Shown: positions 38,605 through 51,714 of the stretch, piece after piece
Layout of the letters: the number at the start of each line of letters is the position of its first letter
How positions within the stretch are numbered: position 1 is the stretch's first letter
NCBI GenBank assembly: GCA_046598345.1
Contig: JBKJIT010000003.1
Coordinates: 73,023 to 137,022 of the forward strand
Direction of reading: 5' to 3'
From: Minisyncoccia bacterium
GTDB lineage: Bacteria > Patescibacteriota > Minisyncoccia > Phycocordibacterales > UBA918
DNA: 64,000 bases
Program-made: the position numbers and the translations under genes
The notes under the pieces: generated by a model
What the model saw: the letters and a program-made list of their open reading frames with translations, nothing else
Databases searched by the model: none
What the model was told of the DNA's origin: nothing

Positions 38605-38726
38605 AAACCTAAAAATTCAGCGACTTACTTTGTCGCACTACGAAAAAAGACCCTCGCCGTATGTTAAATACGTCTCGGGTCTTTTTTCTTGTGCTTCGCG
38701 TAATCCATCTGAATTTCTAGGTTTCT
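38603..38726 (+). repeat. 124-bp palindromic element (family 3), begins in the rpsG TAG stop
   Basis: AGAAACCTA...TAGGTTTCT, apex CGTAT-GTTAA-ATACG. Confidence 0.75.
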
Positions 38727-38827
38727 CAATCCAAGTTGACCAACTATATAATTAATTGTATAGTCCTAAAGTAATTTGATCTTTGTAATCGGCATGTCGC
38801 CAGACCGCTCCTCAGGGAACACTGGGG

Positions 38828-39484
38828 TTGGAGAGAATAGTGAATAAAATATTTGAGGAGTTAGGTCTGTCGACAGAGGAACAAGATGAACTCGGAGAAG
38901 AGTGCCTTTCGCAACTCATGTTCAGGCTTTTAAGTCTCCTTTCTGAGCAGCAGTCGAGAGTCTTGAATGCGTATTTTGGCATGAATAGTCAACATCCTCA
39001 AACCTTGAGGGAGATTGCGAAAGCAATGAATCTTTCAAAGTCACGAGTTGGACAAATCAAACAAAAGGCCATCCGGATACTTCGTCATCCTTCGAGATTT
39101 AAGTTGGCATTGGAGGAAGTAAAGGATTCAAGGTGGAGTAATGAACCTAATCTACTCGTGCGTGAGCTTCGAAGGAGTTTGCTAGAGCTTGAGGCTAAGT
39201 TGGTCGATTCTAATAATCGCTTACAAAAAGCGGAACAAAGAATTGACAGGCTTGAGAGACATCTAAAGCGGCCGGATGTACATCCCTTGTCAGATCAGCC
39301 GTTTGAAGACTTATTCACCGTTCGAACGGCGACTTGCCTGAAGTGTGACGACATCTTGACGATCGGGGATATTTTGAAGCGAAATGAAAGTCAATTGCTC
39401 AGCGTTCCGAATTTAGGGCGTATGGCAGGTGCCGAAATCAAAGCGGTCCTCGCAGAGCGGGGACTTTCTCTCAAAGCAACTTAA
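38828..39484 (+). CDS. Fusion of sigma70 region 4 HTH, coiled coil and RNA polymerase alpha C-terminal domain
   Basis: TLREIAK.M.LS..RV.QI..KAIR.LRHPSR; TVRT..CLK...I..IGD..KR.E..LL..PNLGR....EIK.VL..RGLSL; promoter TTGACC-17-TATAGT at 38736. Confidence 0.85.
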   Translation: MERIVNKIFEELGLSTEEQDELGEECLSQLMFRLLSLLSEQQSRVLNAYFGMNSQHPQTLREIAKAMNLSKSRVGQIKQKAIRILRHPSRFKLALEEVKDSRWSNEPNLLVRELRRSLLELEAKLVDSNNRLQKAEQRIDRLERHLKRPDVHPLSDQPFEDLFTVRTATCLKCDDILTIGDILKRNESQLLSVPNLGRMAGAEIKAVLAERGLSLKAT

Positions 39485-39577
39485 TAAGTCTCTGAACTCT
39501 TCAGTACTCGAACCCGTCGTAAGTGTATGCTTGCGACGGGTTTTCTTTTTAATAATGTACCGTGATAGGGTATGTAG

Positions 39578-40222
39578 ATGCAATTTATTCTCCATAACTA
39601 TAGGCGATGTCCGTTTTGTATTCGTACCCGAATTCTTCTCTATCTGAAAAGAATCGAATATGACATTGTCGAGGAGCCGCTTCGGGAGTGGACTCCGTGG
39701 ATGAAAGAGTGGGCGTTTAGAACGGGCGAACGTACGCGTGTGCCCGTGCTTCGTTATGTGCTTGAAGAAGGAGTAGAGAAAGTGATGCCTGAATCAAATG
39801 AGATGAATCTTTTCATTGATAATTCAGATGGTGATCCAAAGTTTACACCGGGAATAGATAGTCCAGGTTATTCTGAAATGCTTGAGTGGTGGAATTGGTG
39901 CGACAAAAAACTGAAACCAATGATTGATCTCTATAAATATGGAGTGAATTTACAATTTGATCCTTTAATTCATCCGCTTCATACTGAAGAATTGCAAAAA
40001 CTCATACAAGTACTTGAAAATCACCTGCAGTCCAGAAAGTTTTTAATTGAAGAGCGACTTACTCTTGCTGATATTGCAATCATTCCGTTTATTCGCCAGA
40101 TCATGCGCACACGCGAAGGTGAGTTTGATTTTACCCCGTACCCTAAAGTGCTTGCATGGGCAAATCAGATTCTTCAAACTGACTGGTTTCAAAACGAAAT
40201 AATGAAAAAGCAACCAAAATAA
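39578..40222 (+). CDS. Glutathione S-transferase family protein
   Basis: RRCPFCIR.R, VPVL, ES, LTLADIAIIPFIRQ. Confidence 0.85.
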   Translation: MQFILHNYRRCPFCIRTRILLYLKRIEYDIVEEPLREWTPWMKEWAFRTGERTRVPVLRYVLEEGVEKVMPESNEMNLFIDNSDGDPKFTPGIDSPGYSEMLEWWNWCDKKLKPMIDLYKYGVNLQFDPLIHPLHTEELQKLIQVLENHLQSRKFLIEERLTLADIAIIPFIRQIMRTREGEFDFTPYPKVLAWANQILQTDWFQNEIMKKQPK

Positions 40223-40223
40223 C

Positions 40224-40544
40224 ATGGGAAAGAAAACGGGTAGAGCGGGAGGAAAATTCGGGGGTGGGCACACTACGGTGATTCCTGCGGCTGGCATTAT
40301 TGCTGATATTGCTCATCAGTGTGCTTCGGTCACAAAGATTTCTCCAGGGTTTATTAAGGGTGGTCTTTCTTCAGTGAAGGGTATTAAACGACTCAAAATA
40401 ACTGATGATGGAGGAAGTATTCTCCTTTCTGTGCGCGACAATATCTCGCATCAAGAATTACGTATCTATACGACTGACATACAAGCGACTCGCAGTTGCA
40501 TCGCAGAGGGTGCCCTCAAGGCCGGGTTTAAGATTTCCAACTAA
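40224..40544 (+). CDS. DUF2103-like small protein
   Basis: GGKFGGGHTTVI, KISPGFI, QEL.IY. Confidence 0.7.
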   Translation: MGKKTGRAGGKFGGGHTTVIPAAGIIADIAHQCASVTKISPGFIKGGLSSVKGIKRLKITDDGGSILLSVRDNISHQELRIYTTDIQATRSCIAEGALKAGFKISN

Positions 40545-40637
40545 GTTTGACCAACTTCTTAAAGGTTGTACAGTACAGGTTGGTGTCTCGAGATTGGATG
40601 TTCGAGATGAGTACAACATGCGAAAGAAGGGGATGAG

Positions 40638-40952
40638 ATGGCTATAAAAGTTGTAGCAGAAAAAGCTGTTGCAGTTTTGGAATTTAAGCCAAACCAGTTT
40701 CAAACGAGGCTCGATCGACTTGCCACTCGTTTTTCTGGAGTTCTGGCAGACCTGCGTGTGCGAATGGTTCAGCAGGTCGGTGAGTGGACCTGGGAGCTCT
40801 TCGGACAGAAGACTAAGCGGGTGGTGGCTCGGATCAGCGTGGCACCAAACCAAGTTGTCGCATATGTGCGAAGGGGACGTTTCCGTCTTCGGAAAGCACT
40901 TCAAGCACTAATTGCCGAGTTTTTTCAGGTGGCAGAATTTAAGCCACTCTAA
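40638..40952 (+). CDS. Orphan basic hypothetical protein (cassette)
   Basis: TTGACC-16-TACAGT promoter, AAGGGG SD-like, terminator at 40970-40995. Confidence 0.6.
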   Translation: MAIKVVAEKAVAVLEFKPNQFQTRLDRLATRFSGVLADLRVRMVQQVGEWTWELFGQKTKRVVARISVAPNQVVAYVRRGRFRLRKALQALIAEFFQVAEFKPL

Positions 40953-40993
40953 ATCTCAACCTATAGAGGAAAGCCAGCGGCAACGCTGGCTTT

Positions 40994-42001
40994 TTACATG
41001 CTTTTAGGAGTTGGCCGTCTTCCAAGTTTGCGAGCGAATTTGTATACCAGTGCCAGTATGAGAATAAGGAGGCCAAGTTCAAGAAGCGCAGGATGCGCGA
41101 GGATATGTGAGAGGAGCCAAAGAATTACAGTGTATGCGGTGTAGAGGAGTGTCCGCCCTGCTTCTACGACTTGTGTAAAGAAGCTTTTCTCCGAATCCAT
41201 GGACGAGCGCGTGATGGTTGCAGTACCCGTACTCGTATTTCCCTCCGACGTAGATTGTTTGCCAAAGTATTCATCCATTTCATCTTGGCGCGTTTCGCGG
41301 TATGCATCGAGAGAAGTCTTTGACTTGATGATGCGGTCGGTAGCGCGTGAAAACACGGTATGTGTCTTACCTTCACGTAAGTACTGCTCAAGCCCATCTT
41401 CAGTTGCAAGAGTTACAGCAGCCGATTGCCCTGACTCATTACTCTCAGTATTTCTGTCAGTTGCTTTCTCTTCTACTTTTTCTTCAGGTATAGGATTTCC
41501 CACAAGTGGATTTGTACCTCGATTTTTTTCATCCTCGTCAGTGATGGTGTCATTGTCGTCATCGGTATCAGATTCATTTCCAGTGCCGTCTTTGTCAGTG
41601 TCGTAATCAATGCGGAGTGTGTCTTCTGCAATGGTACTTTCTATTTCTCCCGAATTTTCTTCCGCACCGACGACATGGAGCTTTACGTCAGTAAGCGTTG
41701 CGGTAATTTTGTGCTCACCAAAGGTTGGTGTCCAATCCACCCAACCTTCCACAATACGTCCGGGAAGCGCACTCACAACCCTGGTGCCAATCGTCGCGTC
41801 GTTATCGGTAAATCGAATAGTGCCACTTATGTCATGGTCGGTGTTGTTTCGGAGTGCCACATACATACGTGTTGGAACTTCCGCAAAAACAGTTGGGCTC
41901 GAGTACCAGAGTCCCTGCACGAGTCCCGCATTAAGTTCGTTCCCGAGGACAATTCCGGGGAAGAGGAGTATAAACGCACAGATATATAGAATCCGCTGCA
42001 T
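40994..42001 (-). CDS. Secreted Ig-like (CARDB-like) protein with Asp-rich Ca-binding (TSP3-like) repeat and C-terminal anchor
   Basis: Signal peptide, W.P..GEH.ITA, DTDKDGTGNESDTDDDND, C-terminal TM followed by basic residues. Confidence 0.72.
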   Translation of the reverse strand: MQRILYICAFILLFPGIVLGNELNAGLVQGLWYSSPTVFAEVPTRMYVALRNNTDHDISGTIRFTDNDATIGTRVVSALPGRIVEGWVDWTPTFGEHKITATLTDVKLHVVGAEENSGEIESTIAEDTLRIDYDTDKDGTGNESDTDDDNDTITDEDEKNRGTNPLVGNPIPEEKVEEKATDRNTESNESGQSAAVTLATEDGLEQYLREGKTHTVFSRATDRIIKSKTSLDAYRETRQDEMDEYFGKQSTSEGNTSTGTATITRSSMDSEKSFFTQVVEAGRTLLYTAYTVILWLLSHILAHPALLELGLLILILALVYKFARKLGRRPTPKSM

Positions 42002-42068
42002 ACCCTATAGTATACGTCAGCCTAAAGCTTTTGTTTTTGTCCGAAACTTCCTATACTAGTGCATCACT

Positions 42069-43301
42069 ATGAAATTTCTTCCGTACTGTGAGGAGTGTGG
42101 CGAACTGCGAGTCCCACATCGATTTCTTCGGCTCTCAGATCACCTAGTGACGAATGTGTTTGAAGGCGGTCCTTGGGGACGGGAATTCAAAGCACTTCAT
42201 GGATTTGTAGACACACGCGTGACAAACTTCTTCACTCCAAAGCGAGTCAAAGCACTCGCTCTTTTTACGAGGCGTCTAGGGATCGGTTCCTATTCATTCG
42301 CACCTACAAAAACAGACGACACACGCACACTCGCATTATACGAAGGTGCAGAAAAAACTGGAGTAACACTTCTCACATTCAAGCTTTTTGGCACCACGCT
42401 CTGCTTCGTTGCAGAAAAGGTCTTTCCAGATGGAAAGAAGGAAGAATTAGTTTTCAATCTCATTCCACGACCCAAGAACTTCGAATCGCCATCGCTCGAA
42501 TGGATGGGGGATAAGGCACTTCTTAAGGAAAGGCTCATGCATGCTGGACTGCCGTGTGCAGAAGGCGGAGTAGCAAGTACTGAAGCAGAGGCACTCATGC
42601 TTTTTAGGAAGATTGGTCGGCCAGTAATTACGAAGCCTCATATCGGTAGCCGCGGCCGTCATACGACGCTTGATGTCCGGACTGAAGAAGAGTTGATGCG
42701 AGCGTACCGTATTGCGACTCAAATTACGGATGGAGTTGTGGTTGAGGCCTACCTTAAAGGTACAGTCCACCGAGTGACGCTCGTTGGCGGAAAGCCGGCA
42801 GCTGTGGCGAGGCGTGAATACCCGCATGTGATCGGAGATGGGATGCATTCAGTTGGTGAACTTATCGCAGAGGAGAATGCAAAACCACATCGAAATGGTA
42901 CACATTTCAGACACATTGATACCGAGCACCGCATTCATGCTTCCCTTAAGAAACAAAACCTCACACTCGCCTCAATTCCTGAAGTGGGGGAAATGGTGAT
43001 CCTTAATGATAAAAATAGCCGTCTCCATGGAACCCTTACTGAAGATGTAACTGATACGGTGCACGAAGAAAATCTTGCACTTTTCACGAAGCTCGGAGAC
43101 CTTCTTGGGGATCCTATCGTTGGGGTTGATTTTATGATTACGGACATGAGTCGTTCCTGGAAAGAGCAACCGGACGCCGGGTTTATCGAATGCAACTCAA
43201 TGCCGTTTATTGATGTACACCATCAGGTCGTAAGTGGCCGGCCTATCAACGTGGCGGCACTCCTCTGGAATGAGGTATTTAAAACTCCTGAGTCTATTTG
43301 A
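42069..43301 (+). CDS. ATP-grasp protein resembling the cyanophycin synthetase / GshF ATP-grasp domain
   Basis: DKALLK..L..AGLP...G, PVITKP..GSRG, GDG..SV.ELI..EN, GVDFMI.D, IECNSMP. Confidence 0.75.
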   Translation: MKFLPYCEECGELRVPHRFLRLSDHLVTNVFEGGPWGREFKALHGFVDTRVTNFFTPKRVKALALFTRRLGIGSYSFAPTKTDDTRTLALYEGAEKTGVTLLTFKLFGTTLCFVAEKVFPDGKKEELVFNLIPRPKNFESPSLEWMGDKALLKERLMHAGLPCAEGGVASTEAEALMLFRKIGRPVITKPHIGSRGRHTTLDVRTEEELMRAYRIATQITDGVVVEAYLKGTVHRVTLVGGKPAAVARREYPHVIGDGMHSVGELIAEENAKPHRNGTHFRHIDTEHRIHASLKKQNLTLASIPEVGEMVILNDKNSRLHGTLTEDVTDTVHEENLALFTKLGDLLGDPIVGVDFMITDMSRSWKEQPDAGFIECNSMPFIDVHHQVVSGRPINVAALLWNEVFKTPESI

Positions 43302-43360
43302 CGAAGGTAATGAGAAGAGTACACTACGAACAAAGCTCTTCATCAAAATAGGAAACTACC

Positions 43361-44164
43361 ATGGAAAAGTCCAAGTATATTTCAAAGGTTAACGGTCACG
43401 CTCTCGTTCTTGGCGGCTCTGGTGGAATCGGAGCAGAAATTTCGCTCGCATTTGCTGCAAATGGAGTAAAAGCTATTTCATTCACCTATAACCGTAACAA
43501 AAAAGCAGCGGACGCTCTCGCTAAAGAGCTCAAAAAAAATGGGGTGAAAAAGGTCTATTACGACGCTCTAAATCAATCAGACGATGTTGCTGTCGCCCAG
43601 TTCCTCGAGGCTGCGGTTGTGGCAAACGGTTCAGAGATCGAAATTGCCGTAAATGCAGTGGGTGTTTCACCGAATAAGCCACTTGAGAAACAGCGACTCG
43701 AAACCACGGGAGAGGGAACGGACAACATCGGCTGGCGCGAGGTGTTTGAGACTAATGTGTTTGGTTGTTTTGTCTCTACGCGGGCAATCGCCGAGCGCAT
43801 GAAGGCCAAAAAAATTAAGGGGGCAATAACTCTGATCACGTCAACGAACGGTATCAATAGCCATTCCCAAATTTCTGTGCATTACGATGCTTCGAAGGCC
43901 GCACAGTCACACATGATGCGCGTGCTTGCTGAGCACTATGGAAGAAAGTATGAGATTCGTATCAATGGGATTGCTCCAGGGTGGATTGATACTGACATGA
44001 ATAAGTCGCTACCAGTTTCCGAACGCAAAAAGGAAATGAAAAAAATCTGGAGTGGCCGTTTCGCTTTTCCCCATGAGGTCGCAGCCTTTGTGGTATTTAT
44101 CTCCGGAACTGGAGGGAGTTACACATACGGTCAAGACATTATGGTTGATGGAGGATATCGATAG
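43361..44164 (+). CDS. SDR family oxidoreductase (FabG-like)
   Basis: GGSGGIG, NAVG, YDASK, NGIAPGWIDT, VDGG. Confidence 0.9.
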   Translation: MEKSKYISKVNGHALVLGGSGGIGAEISLAFAANGVKAISFTYNRNKKAADALAKELKKNGVKKVYYDALNQSDDVAVAQFLEAAVVANGSEIEIAVNAVGVSPNKPLEKQRLETTGEGTDNIGWREVFETNVFGCFVSTRAIAERMKAKKIKGAITLITSTNGINSHSQISVHYDASKAAQSHMMRVLAEHYGRKYEIRINGIAPGWIDTDMNKSLPVSERKKEMKKIWSGRFAFPHEVAAFVVFISGTGGSYTYGQDIMVDGGYR

Positions 44165-44239
44165 GCATTAAGAGCGCATAACAGCGCTCTTTCTTTTATA
44201 TTGCCGAACCTATTTAAATACCGTATAGTATGCGCACTT

Positions 44240-44345
44240 AGGTGAGAGGTGACCAAATGTCACCTCGCAAGACCTTGTTAGATATTTCTTGAGTTTACGA
44301 AAGAAAATATCATCAAGGTGTACTGAACCTGTAAGGTTTGGGCCT
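44240..44345 (+). repeat. Structured repeat family 1, copy C, in the fusA leader
   Basis: GGTGA-hairpin-GCAAG-ACCTTG..CAAGGT-GTACTG-AACC TGTAA GGTT; promoter TTGCCG-17-TATAGT at 44201. Confidence 0.7.
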
Positions 44346-44421
44346 TTTTATTTTCTTTTGAAGATCGCGGAGGCGCTCCTAAAAAGAGAGGTATTAATTC
44401 ATAATTTAGAACAAAAACATC

Positions 44422-46590
<2,169 letters not shown>

Positions 46591-46624
46591 AAGAAAAGAG
46601 CACCGCAAGGTGCTCTTTTCTTTT
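46591..46624 (+). terminator. fusA terminator
   Basis: aaagagcacc gcaa ggtgctcttt plus T-rich tail. Confidence 0.8.
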
Positions 46625-46663
46625 ATTACCTCTCATCTGTTACTCCGCGGGCCGAAGGCGAGG

Positions 46664-46767
46664 GGTGAGGAATGGGATGGGACCCATTCCTCAAGAGGTT
46701 GTCGACAAAATAATCCCACGTCAGCGGTTTTATTTTGTCATACAACCTGAACAGCGTCTGTAAGACG
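46664..46767 (+). repeat. Structured repeat family 1, copy D
   Basis: GGTGA-hairpin-TCAAG-AGGTTG..CAACCT-GAACAG-CGTC TGTAA GACG. Confidence 0.7.
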
Positions 46768-46821
46768 GGAAGGATGTTCAGGACGAAGCATAAAAAACAC
46801 CCATCGAAGGTGCTTTTTTGT

Positions 46822-47613
46822 TTACTCCCCATTAACCTCAGGAGCTTCCTTCACCGCCTCCAAAACCCTCTCATGACAAAACCCATTTGAGAAGATCATT
46901 CCGTGCGCAATACGATGATCCGGTGAGCCATATACAAGTGGTTTTCCGCCGCAGTCAGTAACTTTGCCGCCGGCTTCTTTCAAAATAATTTCCGGAGCGC
47001 AGACATCCCATTCCCCGAGCGTGCCTCTGGAAAAAAAGAAGTCGCCTTTGTTTTCTGCAATTACTCCCGCTTTTACCCCAATGCTTCCCCGAGGTACTTT
47101 TAGTGCCTGGGTTTTTTCTCTAACCACCTCCATGTACGGGGCAAAGTTGTTTGCACTGCAAAGAAAACGGAGCTGTTCGCCGTGTGCGTCCACCATGAGC
47201 TCGAGCGTGACGCCGTTTCGTACCATGTATGCTCCTCTCCCTTCCTCGGCGTAGTACATAGTGTGAGTGACAGGGACGTAGACCACTCCAAGTATTGGTC
47301 TCCCGTTTTCAATGAGCCCAATCATGACGGAGAAATCTCCGGTTTTCTGTAAAAAATCTTTAGTGCCATCGAGTGGATCGATAATCCAGAGTTGGTCTGG
47401 GTAGGGAAGCGCGATTCCTTCTGCTTCTTCCGAGAGTATTGGAATGCCAGTTGTATTGAGATACTTAAGAATGGTGTCATGGGCAGTTTTGTCCGCAACC
47501 GTAACTGGTGTACCATCCACTTTTGATTCAAAGTCAGTAGTTGCATACAGTGTTAAAACAGCGTCACCGGCTTCCTTGGCGGCTTTTTGGGCCGTTTTGA
47601 GTAGTGGATTCAT
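46822..47613 (-). CDS. cysQ: 3'(2'),5'-bisphosphate nucleotidase CysQ / inositol monophosphatase family
   Basis: PVT.AD, ILSEE, WIIDPLDGTKDF, GS.G.K, EWD..A. Confidence 0.88.
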   Translation of the reverse strand: MNPLLKTAQKAAKEAGDAVLTLYATTDFESKVDGTPVTVADKTAHDTILKYLNTTGIPILSEEAEGIALPYPDQLWIIDPLDGTKDFLQKTGDFSVMIGLIENGRPILGVVYVPVTHTMYYAEEGRGAYMVRNGVTLELMVDAHGEQLRFLCSANNFAPYMEVVREKTQALKVPRGSIGVKAGVIAENKGDFFFSRGTLGEWDVCAPEIILKEAGGKVTDCGGKPLVYGSPDHRIAHGMIFSNGFCHERVLEAVKEAPEVNGE

Positions 47614-47710
47614 AGGCTCAGTATATAGACAATTTGCAGTGAATCCAATTATTCGCTTTCGTAATTATTTATTTGTATACTCTCTACAGATTAGTTAAGG
47701 AGAGACAATC

Positions 47711-48226
47711 ATGAATAATGCTGAAACACGCACGTTCAGACTTCTCCAAGCTTTGAAGGAGAAAGGATGGACTGTTGATTTCCTTCAGGCACTCGCTCAT
47801 CAACCATTGTCACCAGGTTTTTCTGATGTACAAGTCGGAAAAGTTCTGTATGTCTCTACCAAAGAAAAAACACTAAATTTCAATCTCCAAGTCAAGGTGA
47901 ATCGGCCACTTAACCGTAAGGCTCGTCGGATCATCCAAAAGCTGGGCATATTTGAACTTCAAAGTGTATGTACTTTTGTTCCGATGCCGGAAGGTTTTAT
48001 TTTGTTTTGGTCTTGTCAGGAGCCACTTCTTTTTCGGGATAGTACGTCGTTGGAAAATTTCGTAACGAAAATTGAAGCCCGCTTTGAATTTGGCCAAGAG
48101 ATGTTGCTACCAAGTCTCCATCTTCTTCGTGAGTGTTATGTGAAAGATCCTCAGTTCAGAGCACTTCACCCTCTAAGCCTGTATGCATTTGCTGTTCACA
48201 TTGACGAAGAAGTAGTTTTACACTAA
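47711..48226 (+). CDS. Orphan protein, paralog pair 1a (cassette)
   Basis: AAGGAG SD, TATACT -10, own terminator; aligns by eye with 48345-48857. Confidence 0.7.
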   Translation: MNNAETRTFRLLQALKEKGWTVDFLQALAHQPLSPGFSDVQVGKVLYVSTKEKTLNFNLQVKVNRPLNRKARRIIQKLGIFELQSVCTFVPMPEGFILFWSCQEPLLFRDSTSLENFVTKIEARFEFGQEMLLPSLHLLRECYVKDPQFRALHPLSLYAFAVHIDEEVVLH

Positions 48227-48344
48227 AAAGCCGCGTTCGCGCGGCTTTTTTTAGTAATCCCCTCTCGAGAAAAAATTGCGTCGCAAACTCTATATACTTA
48301 CAGTAGGAATTACCGTAGCGTTCGTTTACATTAAGGAGACGGTC

Positions 48345-48857
48345 ATGCTGCAAACTATCACGGTATTACGAGAAGTGCTGTGTGATTGGGCACAAGCTAA
48401 TAACTGGAAGGTTGACACTATTGGGCTCAGAACATATGCGGATTTAAGAGAGCCGATACTGTCGGACTTACTAGGATATTGTTCTTTTAAATTCTTGCCA
48501 GCAGAGGATCAGCTCAGTGTTCATTTTTCGGTCAAAACACCTGAGTTCTCCATCCCAGAAAGACACTTTCTGGAAAAATACTGCAAAGAGGTTGCTTGCG
48601 CCAGGCAAGTAGAGCTATCCATCGGAGAGAAAAATAACTCACTTGAACTTTGGTGGTGGCCAAATTGGGAAAAGCATTTTGCCACACTTGTTGAGAACGA
48701 TATTCAAAAAGAATTGAATGCGCAAGTGAATTTTGGCAGGTGGATTCTCGTACGCACACTTGCAGATCTTCGATTTTACAATTTACTTAAGGGCGAAGAA
48801 GCGGTAACTCACGCTTCGGCATTAGTCGAGTTTTCAGATTTTTGCCCAGTAAATTGA
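48345..48857 (+). CDS. Orphan protein, paralog pair 1b (cassette; ATG at 48345)
   Basis: TTGCGT-17-TACAGT, AAGGAG SD, own terminator. Confidence 0.7.
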   Translation: MLQTITVLREVLCDWAQANNWKVDTIGLRTYADLREPILSDLLGYCSFKFLPAEDQLSVHFSVKTPEFSIPERHFLEKYCKEVACARQVELSIGEKNNSLELWWWPNWEKHFATLVENDIQKELNAQVNFGRWILVRTLADLRFYNLLKGEEAVTHASALVEFSDFCPVN

Positions 48858-48956
48858 AAAATCAAAAAAGACCGCGCAGCATTAGCGCGGCTTTTGTTTT
48901 CATAAAAAAAGCGACCCGGATGGGTCGCTGTGCTAGGGAAACATGCTTGCGGGTTA

Positions 48957-49481
48957 CTATACCGCTTGAAAACCGCCTGCAGTTGTAGTCTTCGCCTGAT
49001 GCGCGAGGCCGGCGTTCGTGACTTCGTCCGCCTGTTGCATCTGCGGTTCCTTCGGCTGCATCCACTCAGTGTTCATAAGCGACTGCACACAGCGCCGGAA
49101 CATCTTTGCCTTCCAGTACTGGGCGAGGGCAATCAGAACGTGCACGTGCACTGAGTCGACCGTTGCCGTGACAAGGTCGTTCGTTTCCGTCCGCATTCCG
49201 AACTGCTCGTGCACAAGTTCCGGAAACGCGTACTTGATGATCTCGGGCTTGATGTGTCCGAGTTCGTTGCGCAAAAGGGCTTGCACCTTTTCGGGTGTGA
49301 TGCCCTTGGCGTATGCTTCCTGTCGTGTCATTTCGCGCTTCGGGTTTGCGATCAGGTGGCGACAGCCGGCCTTGAACTCCGCCGGCACATCGGCGAAACA
49401 GGACGTCTTGGAGTCCACCAGGACGATTTGTTCGCCGCTGATCATGCCGATCACGAGCTCGAACTTTGGTGCTGTTTCCAT
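48957..49481 (-). CDS. Orphan GC-rich hypothetical protein (cassette)
   Basis: TTGACA-16-TATTAT, AAGGAG SD, terminator AGCGACCC..GGGTCGCT-T. Confidence 0.7.
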   Translation of the reverse strand: METAPKFELVIGMISGEQIVLVDSKTSCFADVPAEFKAGCRHLIANPKREMTRQEAYAKGITPEKVQALLRNELGHIKPEIIKYAFPELVHEQFGMRTETNDLVTATVDSVHVHVLIALAQYWKAKMFRRCVQSLMNTEWMQPKEPQMQQADEVTNAGLAHQAKTTTAGGFQAV

Positions 49482-49812
49482 CAATAACTCCTTGGTTTGA
49501 ATGTACTTAGAACCTGCCGCTGTGGCAGGAGGGAAGGCTATAATACCTCATAATTTTGAATTGTCAATGCCATTCTAATTCTGTATTGCAAAATCCCTAG
49601 GCTTCTTGTACTATTGCGGGCACCGCATCGCGCTTTATCTGTGATTTTATACAGATATTCGTGATCGAGAGTTTTTGCTCTTTATATGCAGCGTGTACTA
49701 AGTGGTAAGGCAATGTTCTCGCGCCCTTTCCTCTCAGTGCTCGCAGACTCTTTTTATACAAAAAGGGTCGCAGTGCGGAATTATTATCTAAATTAATTAG
49801 TATTTACGTACT

Positions 49813-51009
<1,197 letters not shown>

Positions 51010-51046
51010 GCTTCGTGGCTTACCAGCATCGCTAAGAAAAAGTACT

Positions 51047-51412
51047 ATGACAACGAAAACAACAGCTGAACCAAAGAAGCGGAAAAAGGAAGCCGCAAGT
51101 GAGGAGATTCAAAAACTTCGCATTCGTGTGCGCGCATACGAACACAAGATCCTCGATGCGTCCGTAAAGCAGATCATTGATACTGCAATGCGATTTGATG
51201 CAAAGGTGATTGGCCCCATTCCACTTCCGACTGAGATTAAAAAATATACGGTGAACCGTGCTGCGTTCGTGCACAAGGATGCGCGAGAGCAATTTGAAAT
51301 GCGAATGCATAAGCGAGTCATCGATATTATGAATCCAGGCGCAAAAGTGATTGAGGCGCTGACGAATCTTTCACTGCCATCTGGCGTCAATATTGACGTA
51401 AAGATGATGTAG
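51047..51412 (+). CDS. rpsJ: 30S ribosomal protein S10 (start 51047)
   Basis: LRIRVRAYE...LD, GPIPLPT, REQFEMR.HKR.ID. Confidence 0.96.
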   Translation: MTTKTTAEPKKRKKEAASEEIQKLRIRVRAYEHKILDASVKQIIDTAMRFDAKVIGPIPLPTEIKKYTVNRAAFVHKDAREQFEMRMHKRVIDIMNPGAKVIEALTNLSLPSGVNIDVKMM

Positions 51413-51537
51413 TAATTCGCCGAAATCGCGATCTGCTTTGTCAGGGCTGCGATAATTTGAAACTCGTCGTATGTTGAAATACGCCTTGTCTCAAATTTCT
51501 TGCCTTCCGCGCATATCATCGATTTCGAAAAATTACT
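51411..51537 (+). repeat. 127-bp palindromic element (family 3), begins in the rpsJ TAG stop
   Basis: AGTAATT...AATTACT, apex CGTAT-GTTGAA-ATACG. Confidence 0.72.
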
Positions 51538-51714
51538 TTTAAGTAGTTGTCATATCTCACAAAACCCCGCGGCCGTGAGGCCGCGGGGTTTTGTGTTTGA
51601 CTCAGCTTTGTTTGCTACAGTGTTAAACACAGGCAGTGTATTGCTCATAAGATATAAGAGGCGTATATTTCTGCTGTAGTTCTTTCTGGAAACCTTGTGA
51701 AGGGGCATCTCAAA

